64,000 bases of DNA from a virus: positions 32,001-96,000 of the IMG/VR virus record IMGVR_UViG_3300005748_000015; one strand, given 5' to 3'. The position numbers and the translations under genes were made by a program. This document shows, one piece after another, positions 56,864 through 64,000 of the stretch. Within the stretch, counting starts at the first letter, position 1, and every line of letters begins with the position of its first letter. Under the pieces are notes generated by a model. It was not told where the DNA came from, ran no database searches, and worked only from the letters and a program-made list of their open reading frames with translations.

Positions 56864-58705
56864 CTAATCAATATCTTCATCTAACATATCTTCTGATAAC
56901 ATTTTTAAAATTTCAATAGCATCAGGTCTTGATGTAAAATAAGCCTGAAGAGCATCTGGACTAGTTTGCCCTAGCATTTCTAGTTGTTGAAACCAAAAGC
57001 CATCTCTTCTATATTTTAGCACTGGATCAACCATGTAAGCTGGATCAATCTTGTGACCTATGTAATGTGATGTTTCTAAGTATTTATCTACAATTACTTG
57101 ATATCTTTCATTAAAATCTACATTACCAGCAAGATGATTTCCAACAGGCTGTTTGTCAACATAATCAAGAACTTCATCCATATTCATGTGAATAGGCATG
57201 TCTTGCTGTAACCTTAGTGCTTCATCTTGTCTAGTATCAGAGTCAAGGCCTGATAAGCTAATTCTACAAATTTGAGCAAGCTCAGGGTCAACTAAAGGAA
57301 AAAGTTTTTCGTTAATAAAATCTTCAAACCTTAAAATAAGCGGTCTAATACCTGTATCACGAGCAGCAGTTAATTTGTATTCGTTATTAGCTTCAGACAG
57401 TGATTGTTGGTTAGTACCTTTTGAAAGATGCCCATAGCCAGGAAGTTCGTCTGGAGACATACCAAATGCAGACAGTATGTTTCTTGCAACAGAATCATAA
57501 AGAAATTGAAATTCACCGTCTTTCTTTTGCTGATTCATTGGCATCCATTGAACATTATCTTCAGAGCTTACACCAAAAATAGGTGTTCTGAATGAGTTGC
57601 CTACGCTATTAATTGATGCATTAAATTGCTGTTTAATACCTTCAATTGTAGCTTGATCGATTTCATCAGACTTAATTACTATCATACCTTTAGTAGCTCT
57701 ACCGTTTGCAAAATAAAGCCTATTGTATGTTTCAATTGAGATATGCGTAGTAACAGATTGCATGATTGTATCAAGCGGTGTTACAGGATATCCATTGTGC
57801 TCAATATCACTGGACGGAAAAAGATTGCACACAAGCATCTCGTCTTGACTAAACGCCTGTCTTGGAATTCCTTCTACAACCTGAATCCATGAGTAACTGC
57901 CAGCCAACGCAGAGTCCGGGTCAATTTTTGAACCTGTCTGTTGCTCTAAAAGTTTTATAGATGACTGTCTCACATCATCAGCATACTCACCTTTTTTTAC
58001 AGCTTTCATAATAGTACCAGCATCAACTGGTCTAAATCTATGAAATATTTTTTGCCCTAGATCATCTTCGTCATAAATAATTTCTGTAGCAAACCTACCA
58101 AATGAAAGGCCGTTTTGTGATGATATATATAAATATTCTGACAAAAGCATTCTTTCTTCAGTTGCAACACCTTCGTTACTCCCACACTTAATTAAAGTAT
58201 CAAGTGTTTTGCTAATTCTTTCTTGAATTTTGATTCTTTGTTCTGGCGTAATTACTTCATCAAATTCTTGTTTTAAATTACACTCAATACCGATATCAAA
58301 ACGATCTCTTCTAATACGACCGAACATTGACATCGTATTACCTCTAGCACGTAGGATAGAAGCAATCAAATGGTCTTCTTGTCTTATTTTTTTAATAGTC
58401 CAATCAGGTAATAGCTTTTTCTTGTTTTTAAAAAGACCAAAATAGTTATCTTTAACAACAGGGTCTTCTGTAAAAGCCATTCTTGGAACTGTTGTTTTTT
58501 TACTTCTTTTTGCAGAACCGCTAGTCAAGCCAATTAGGTCTGAAATACTTTGAGAAGCTTTGTCAGGATTGTCCATGTAGGACTTCATTAGCTCTCCATT
58601 AATTTCATTGGCCATACTTACAATAGGTCTTTTAACTTCTTTTGAAGCTGATTTTTCAACCTTGTTTAAATTCCATGGTCCATTTTTTTTGTTGTCGTCA
58701 GACAT
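56864..58705 (-). CDS. Phage portal protein
   Basis: FRPVDAGTI, GYPVTPLD, YNRLYFANG, FQFL...ILSAFGMSPDEL, GIRPL. Confidence 0.85.
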   Translation of the reverse strand: MSDDNKKNGPWNLNKVEKSASKEVKRPIVSMANEINGELMKSYMDNPDKASQSISDLIGLTSGSAKRSKKTTVPRMAFTEDPVVKDNYFGLFKNKKKLLPDWTIKKIRQEDHLIASILRARGNTMSMFGRIRRDRFDIGIECNLKQEFDEVITPEQRIKIQERISKTLDTLIKCGSNEGVATEERMLLSEYLYISSQNGLSFGRFATEIIYDEDDLGQKIFHRFRPVDAGTIMKAVKKGEYADDVRQSSIKLLEQQTGSKIDPDSALAGSYSWIQVVEGIPRQAFSQDEMLVCNLFPSSDIEHNGYPVTPLDTIMQSVTTHISIETYNRLYFANGRATKGMIVIKSDEIDQATIEGIKQQFNASINSVGNSFRTPIFGVSSEDNVQWMPMNQQKKDGEFQFLYDSVARNILSAFGMSPDELPGYGHLSKGTNQQSLSEANNEYKLTAARDTGIRPLILRFEDFINEKLFPLVDPELAQICRISLSGLDSDTRQDEALRLQQDMPIHMNMDEVLDYVDKQPVGNHLAGNVDFNERYQVIVDKYLETSHYIGHKIDPAYMVDPVLKYRRDGFWFQQLEMLGQTSPDALQAYFTSRPDAIEILKMLSEDMLDEDID

Positions 58706-58713
58706 AAACTATC

Positions 58714-59448
58714 CTATCTTGCTATCATCACAAAAACTTGAACATCTTCATCATTTTCATTAATTATTTTTATATCTTCTACTTTTGTACTTTTTAAAAA
58801 ATATGCTGGATTTTTTACCCCATTTACAATTACCGGATAAATATCGCCCTCTACTATATTATTTACTACAACCTTACATCTGCCACTGGCTTCTAAATAC
58901 AAAAGCCTATAATCTTCTGTAGCTCTTTCAAAATATAAATCTGAATTTAACTCTTGTGCCGAGATAAATTCTGTGTAATTATAAAATACATTAATAGTAT
59001 CTCCAATTTCAACTTCTTGTTCTCCATCTATAGCAAAAGAATTTATCCATGTTATTACTGTTTCAGTTTCTTTTACTTCTATTTCAAAATCAGTATCTGA
59101 AAAAGCTAAAACTCTGTTTATTGATAATATTAAGCTTTTGGGTATTATTCTTCTAGGTATTGTTATACTTTGCCTATCATCTTCTGTCGTTATTGATATC
59201 GATTCTTGACTAGGGATAGGTGTAGAAATTGGGTTTTGTGCCGTCATGTCTGATTCTAAAGTAAAATTTGCATTTAATTCAGAAAACAAAGTTTTCATAG
59301 TTTTAGCTTTTATAACCGCTTCTCTTGTAAACTGCTCTTGTATATTGAAGCCTTGCCAAGATATATTTTTTAGAGAACTATTGCTAGATGCATTTAATTT
59401 TTGATCCTCAAAAATCTTTAAATCTACTAATAAATTCATTTTCGACAT
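58714..59448 (-). CDS. Hypothetical (probable virion) protein
   Basis: Between terminase and portal; beta-rich. Confidence 0.55.
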   Translation of the reverse strand: MSKMNLLVDLKIFEDQKLNASSNSSLKNISWQGFNIQEQFTREAVIKAKTMKTLFSELNANFTLESDMTAQNPISTPIPSQESISITTEDDRQSITIPRRIIPKSLILSINRVLAFSDTDFEIEVKETETVITWINSFAIDGEQEVEIGDTINVFYNYTEFISAQELNSDLYFERATEDYRLLYLEASGRCKVVVNNIVEGDIYPVIVNGVKNPAYFLKSTKVEDIKIINENDEDVQVFVMIAR

Positions 59449-59473
59449 TATATTACCTCTAAAGTACTTGTAA

Positions 59474-59484
59474 TTTAAAGATTA
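59474..59484 (-). promoter_or_regulatory. Candidate phage-sigma (late) promoter TAATCTTTAAA
   Basis: Second copy of the 11-mer, upstream of the portal operon. Confidence 0.4.
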
Positions 59485-59487
59485 ACA

Positions 59488-62481
59488 CTATATATCCCAG
59501 ACAATTCCTTTTTTCTTGCCTGATTTCAAAGTGTTAACTGTTTTATTACCTGTTAAGTCATTAATTTTATTTTGCAGGGTTCTTGGGTTGCCTTTAATAT
59601 TCTCTAAATCGTATGAAAACAATACCTTAGAACCACGTCCAAACATGCTGTGATGAAAATACCGTATCATATCCATGATATCAGCTACTCCATCTTTCCC
59701 ATGCTCAGGCTTGCCATCAATAGGGTTTCCCTTCCCATCAAGTTTTAATTTATAAGTTTCAAAAGAATCAAATACACGCTCGTTATTACGTGTTTTCAAT
59801 ACTTTAAAATGTCTATTATTATTAGCATCTACAATCTTAGCTTTAACAGCAGTAATTCCATCGATTACAGAGTCAGGCCCTTTCTTAACGCCAATAGCTG
59901 GAATCTTGCCATATACTGTGTCTGTTTTTCTAAGCATCTTTATATATGCTGGATAGTTGGAATCACAAAACCATTTTTGAACTTTATATATTTCCGTTAA
60001 TTCTTTAAGTTTTTCTTTAATTTCAGGTATTTCCATGCCTGGAGCTGCTGTCATATCAATTAGCCATGCCTTTCCACCAGCTATTTTTACAAACACTCCT
60101 ATTGCAGTTTCATCTGTATCACCCCAATCGGCAGCACCATAAAATTCAATACCAAGATTATGCATGTACTGAACTAATTCATCTAGTGTTTTGTTCTCAA
60201 TCTTGTCACCTGACAAATACTCCCAAGCTTCGTCAATACCAATGGCATTTTGAACCGAGCAGAATCTAGGATAAACAAGTCCTGATGAACTAGGTTTGTT
60301 GCACAACAATTGTGCTTCGCCCATTTCTGGAGAGGTCTGTTTAAAGTTATTGTGAACAGCAAATATTGGCTTGTAAAGATTTCCAAAATCACCTTGAGGT
60401 CTATCTACCAACCAATTATGCATAACAGAAAGCATGGGATGTTCTGCAATCCCAGCATAAGCTTCAATTGCTTTATACTTATCTCTTGACTCTTCATTTA
60501 TCTCGGCAAATTCTTCTGGCGATAAATTTTGCAAAGGAAGCTCTCGTGAAATATATCTTAATACCTTTTCTTCGTTAGTTCTAGCTTCTACATTTGTAAG
60601 CCTTTCTGTAACATCAATAATATTCCAACGTAAAACTTCACCGCCAGATCGCTCTGTATCTTTGAGAGTTTTTTCCATTAACCCCCCTGCATACTTTCTA
60701 GTAGATAAATACACAGTTAATGGAAAATAATTTTTATAAACTGAAGGAATCATTTTAGCTTCTTCCAACGCTCTTGGGTCTTGAACAACGTCAATCTCAT
60801 CCATAAAAAGCATAGGTACATGCTCAGAATTATGTACCAAAACACCATTAGCATAAAAGCTTTTTTGATGCTCATTGTTTGTATCGACTTGTATATCTAT
60901 AAGTTCTTGTTTTCCTATTAGTTCTATTTTTTCAATAGTTGTATTTAAATTATTTTTAATCGATTTTCTTAAATTTCTGCCGTATTTTAAATTGGACAAA
61001 GAACTATTGCTCCATGTAAAACCGGATGAAGGTTCTGTTTTTAACACAATATTTCCGGTATCTATTTCTCTTGTAAATTGAGAATGCTCTAAAGGAGGCA
61101 ATAATTTGTACTTTAAACAGTTTGAAAAATAAGGTCTTATAACTGTTGACAATTCTCTTGATGAATTTTTTGATAATTTTACACCTGTATATTTGTCTTT
61201 TTTCCACAAAGAAGCCTCAAAACCATATTCTTTAAATTTATCAACTAACATCATATTTTCTTCTTTAGAAAAATTAAAAGTAGATATTTTAATACCTTGA
61301 CTTTTGTGAACTCCAATTTTCTTAGAATTTACCGTACCATCATCCATTATTAAATAAGAAAAAGATTCTGGAGTCAACAATTTAATCCATTCTTTTGTTA
61401 ATATTTTTTTGCCATTAATGTGAGTTATACTACTAATGTTTTTAAAAAAGTCATGACATTGAGTAGTTAATTTAAATTGATTATTTTTATCTTCACAAAT
61501 GTTACAATGTATTCCATTAATTTCAAAAATATTTTTTGTATCATTTAGGTATTCTAATTGATCTTTTGTGTGGCTTACTTGAAACCTAACAGAACCGCTA
61601 GGTAAAAAATTCAAAGAAGCATCACCCAACAATTGACCTAATACCATCTGATCAAGTCTTTTATCTATATCCAAAGAAAAAACTTCTTGTTTACAATTTG
61701 TACCCTTAGTTTTTTCTTCCGTATGCAATTTATATCCTACCCTTAATTGGTCGGCAGTAATCCAACCTCTTTGAGTAAAAACCTGATGGTCATCAGACAA
61801 TATAAGCTCTGCTCCATTACTCAATATTATTTTTCTAGCTTCTTTTATAGTATAGCCAATTTTTTTGATAGGATTAAATACTTGTTTTTCTTGAATATAA
61901 TCGTAAGTTTTTATAACATCCTCAACAAGTACATCTTTAGCTAATAAAACTCCCCTATCAGTGTCTACAAAAGCATATGGGGAAATACAATTCATTCCAG
62001 CGACCGTAGCAACAACAATTCTAAGATAAATAGCATCGCCTTTGTCGGTAAGCCATTCAATCTTAGCTTTACTATCTGAAATCTTTTTCCAATTGTTTTC
62101 TTCTAAATATGGACCTACTTTTCTAAAAAAAGAGTTGACATATTGAATTGCTTTTTCTGATTGCGATTTAATTGCCGCACCGTGAGCAACAGAGATTTCA
62201 AAATGAATCATACACAAAACTTCAATAGCAGCAGCTGATAGAGTCTTATAAGAGTCCCTTGATGCTAACATACAAACTTGTGGAACATCTCTACTTCCAC
62301 CAGTTTTCATAAGATTATAAATACGCCACATAGCATCTATAGGGCCGTGCGTAGAACCGGGGTAAACGACACCCATTGGAAATTTTATATCCAAATAAGT
62401 GTACATCCAATCCTGTAATTCCTGAGCACTATTAAGTGGTTTTAGGATTAGGTCTGCTTTAAGCTTTTCTAATTCATCCAT
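59488..62481 (-). CDS. terL: Terminase large subunit with intein
   Basis: ASRDSYKT (Walker A), LFMDEID (Walker B), YLST, GLVYPRF, ADWG, DIMDMIRY. Confidence 0.88.
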   Translation of the reverse strand: MDELEKLKADLILKPLNSAQELQDWMYTYLDIKFPMGVVYPGSTHGPIDAMWRIYNLMKTGGSRDVPQVCMLASRDSYKTLSAAAIEVLCMIHFEISVAHGAAIKSQSEKAIQYVNSFFRKVGPYLEENNWKKISDSKAKIEWLTDKGDAIYLRIVVATVAGMNCISPYAFVDTDRGVLLAKDVLVEDVIKTYDYIQEKQVFNPIKKIGYTIKEARKIILSNGAELILSDDHQVFTQRGWITADQLRVGYKLHTEEKTKGTNCKQEVFSLDIDKRLDQMVLGQLLGDASLNFLPSGSVRFQVSHTKDQLEYLNDTKNIFEINGIHCNICEDKNNQFKLTTQCHDFFKNISSITHINGKKILTKEWIKLLTPESFSYLIMDDGTVNSKKIGVHKSQGIKISTFNFSKEENMMLVDKFKEYGFEASLWKKDKYTGVKLSKNSSRELSTVIRPYFSNCLKYKLLPPLEHSQFTREIDTGNIVLKTEPSSGFTWSNSSLSNLKYGRNLRKSIKNNLNTTIEKIELIGKQELIDIQVDTNNEHQKSFYANGVLVHNSEHVPMLFMDEIDVVQDPRALEEAKMIPSVYKNYFPLTVYLSTRKYAGGLMEKTLKDTERSGGEVLRWNIIDVTERLTNVEARTNEEKVLRYISRELPLQNLSPEEFAEINEESRDKYKAIEAYAGIAEHPMLSVMHNWLVDRPQGDFGNLYKPIFAVHNNFKQTSPEMGEAQLLCNKPSSSGLVYPRFCSVQNAIGIDEAWEYLSGDKIENKTLDELVQYMHNLGIEFYGAADWGDTDETAIGVFVKIAGGKAWLIDMTAAPGMEIPEIKEKLKELTEIYKVQKWFCDSNYPAYIKMLRKTDTVYGKIPAIGVKKGPDSVIDGITAVKAKIVDANNNRHFKVLKTRNNERVFDSFETYKLKLDGKGNPIDGKPEHGKDGVADIMDMIRYFHHSMFGRGSKVLFSYDLENIKGNPRTLQNKINDLTGNKTVNTLKSGKKKGIVWDI
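60829..61989 (-). mobile_element. Intein (387 aa) with LAGLIDADG endonuclease in TerL
   Basis: AGMN|CISPY...SDDH...LGQLLGDA...LIMDDG...YANGVLVHN|SEH. Confidence 0.92.
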
Positions 62482-62490
62482 TTTTTATTA

Positions 62491-64000
62491 TTAAGCCCTT
62501 ATGTTAGCTTCGTTTATATATTCATCAGCATGATCAACAGCTCGTCTAAAATCTTGCTCTTCTTTCCACGCTTGTAATTCTAACTGGTTATCTCGTGGGC
62601 TGGCAATAATACCACCAAGATTACCCATAACACTTGCAATAGATACACTATTTTCTAATGCCTGAATAACGGCTTGAGAAGCATCAAAAATCCCAAGCTC
62701 TTCAGGACTACCAAATTCCATATTTTCAATATCGTAAACTTTAGTGGTGTTTTGAAAATAATCAGTGTAAATCTTGTCAATTTCTTCTTCTGTATACCCA
62801 GCATTGCCCAATAACTTAGCAAGCGGCTCCATTAGACTTGGTATGAGAACTTGAGTTACAAGATTGTAATCTCTGTTATCTTCGTCATAATCTGAGTGCA
62901 ATTTCATACAAAGATTTACTAAGACTCTACAGCCGCCCGGTAATGCTCCGTGTTTGATTGTACTTCTAACGGCACACACAGCATCTTCACATCTATCATG
63001 CCTTTCTTTAAGCTCACCATTAGATGCACCATAGATTTTAAGTTTAGCAATACCGTTTGTAAGTTTTCCAAGTCTTTCTTCAAGATCAAGTTTTTCGGCA
63101 ATACTTGCTGCATTTGATAATTGAATCTCAAGCTCTTCAGCTCTCTCTTCAATGTTAAGCTCGTTTGGCTCACCGACTACTGTAGCTCTAAACCTATAGT
63201 ATTCAAATATTTCCATATCTGAGCCAAGGTCTTCAAGTGTAGCGTTTGATACTTGATTGGTCATATCAAAAATTTTAGCCCCAGTAAATGCGGCTAAATC
63301 ATGAAGAAATTCAAGTCTTGAATTTTTAATATTTGTCATTGGAGTTGCCACAGGTACAACATTTAATGTAGTAGGATTTGAAAAGTTAAACGCCAAGTTA
63401 GTAAGTACATTTTCAGAAAAGCCGTGTGATACAAGAACTAGATTGCTGAATTCTGAATTACCTTCGTTAACATATTTTTCTCCTAAAGCCTCAATTAAAG
63501 GCAAAAAAGAAACAAGATCATTAACTATACCATCAAACAAAAGAAATAATGGCTTATCTAACTTACATCGTTGGTTAGCTTTATCATTAATAAATGCAGT
63601 ATTAAACTTACCAATGGACTCTTCGTATCCAATAGCTATTGGCAAACCTTCAATAAGCTCCACCTCATACCCACCTGGGCCAGATAGCTCTTGAATTGTA
63701 ACATGAGAAGACTCTCCAAACCCTACTTTTTCAAAAGCATCCATAACTGCTTCTGCCATTTCTTCATCACCATTAGCAGATACTTGTGCAACTTTTTTTA
63801 GTAAATGTTGATTTTCAAGGTCAATTTGTATTGCCTGTTCTTTTACAGCAGGAATCAATTGTTTTTTTATAATTTTATTTAAGACCCTAGTAGATCGTTG
63901 AGGCGACTCTTTGGGGTTATTCTTACAATACTCAAAAAGACTTTTAACCAGAGTGGCTGAGATAATAGTAGTGGCAGTTGTATTGTGCGTAGTAATAAAG
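62491..64000 (-). CDS. groEL: GroEL-like chaperonin, 5'-partial
   Basis: VAQVSANGD, LHDLAAFTGA, LEERLGKL, ELKERHDRCEDAVCA, GALPGG; frame stays open from 63858 to the window end. Confidence 0.9.
   Translation of the reverse strand, partial: FITTHNTTATTIISATLVKSLFEYCKNNPKESPQRSTRVLNKIIKKQLIPAVKEQAIQIDLENQHLLKKVAQVSANGDEEMAEAVMDAFEKVGFGESSHVTIQELSGPGGYEVELIEGLPIAIGYEESIGKFNTAFINDKANQRCKLDKPLFLLFDGIVNDLVSFLPLIEALGEKYVNEGNSEFSNLVLVSHGFSENVLTNLAFNFSNPTTLNVVPVATPMTNIKNSRLEFLHDLAAFTGAKIFDMTNQVSNATLEDLGSDMEIFEYYRFRATVVGEPNELNIEERAEELEIQLSNAASIAEKLDLEERLGKLTNGIAKLKIYGASNGELKERHDRCEDAVCAVRSTIKHGALPGGCRVLVNLCMKLHSDYDEDNRDYNLVTQVLIPSLMEPLAKLLGNAGYTEEEIDKIYTDYFQNTTKVYDIENMEFGSPEELGIFDASQAVIQALENSVSIASVMGNLGGIIASPRDNQLELQAWKEEQDFRRAVDHADEYINEANIRA
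63982..64000 (-). mobile_element. C-terminal end of a probable intein in GroEL
   Basis: In-frame FITTHN|TTATTIISATL where GDG should precede TT. Confidence 0.7.

Noticed and set aside
63856-63858. TTG start of GroEL as called in the ORF track
   Set aside because: The frame is open to the window end and the GroEL N-terminal region is missing, so the gene is 5'-partial.
1-64000. CRISPR array or diversity-generating retroelement
   Set aside because: No regularly spaced direct repeats, no reverse transcriptase and no adenine-specific TR/VR pair seen; collar paralogue differences are not A-restricted.
1-64000. Stop-codon reassignment
   Set aside because: Long conserved genes are intact in the standard code, and TAA, TAG and TGA all end genes at expected positions.

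Overview
AT-rich segment of a large tailed dsDNA phage genome read in the standard genetic code; there are no host housekeeping operons, rRNA or CRISPR. Bases 1-12286 (+) are a tail, baseplate and tail-fibre module: a giant fibre protein, three tail-collar paralogues, a Gly-rich protein, a 2OG-Fe(II) oxygenase and a free-standing GIY-YIG homing endonuclease. From 12289 to the end nearly all genes are on the minus strand. They include small accessory ORFs, a PLP aminotransferase, ClpP, AEP primase, SF4 helicase, RecA, SSB, DnaE, a DEDDh exonuclease, NrdAB, SbcCD, sigma-like factors, a GroES-like protein, two SF2 helicases, portal, terminase and GroEL. A short plus-strand ClpX plus M15 endolysin pair interrupts this run. 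Most notable: (i) a fourth intein whose C-terminus (HN|T) sits in the GDGTT ATP-binding motif of the phage GroEL; (ii) a phage proteostasis set including a ClpX lacking the ClpP-docking IGF loop and a signal-peptide-bearing ClpP; (iii) an 89-nt promoter-driven RNA with a GGGGGC/GCCCCC-ACCA tRNA-like end; (iv) a sigma factor lacking region 4.2 plus a separate region-4-like HTH gene and a candidate late-promoter motif; (v) apparently leaderless promoters in front of all three helicase genes; (vi) homing endonucleases lodged at the 5' ends of nrdA and sbcD. All assignments come from motif recognition by eye; no searches were run.
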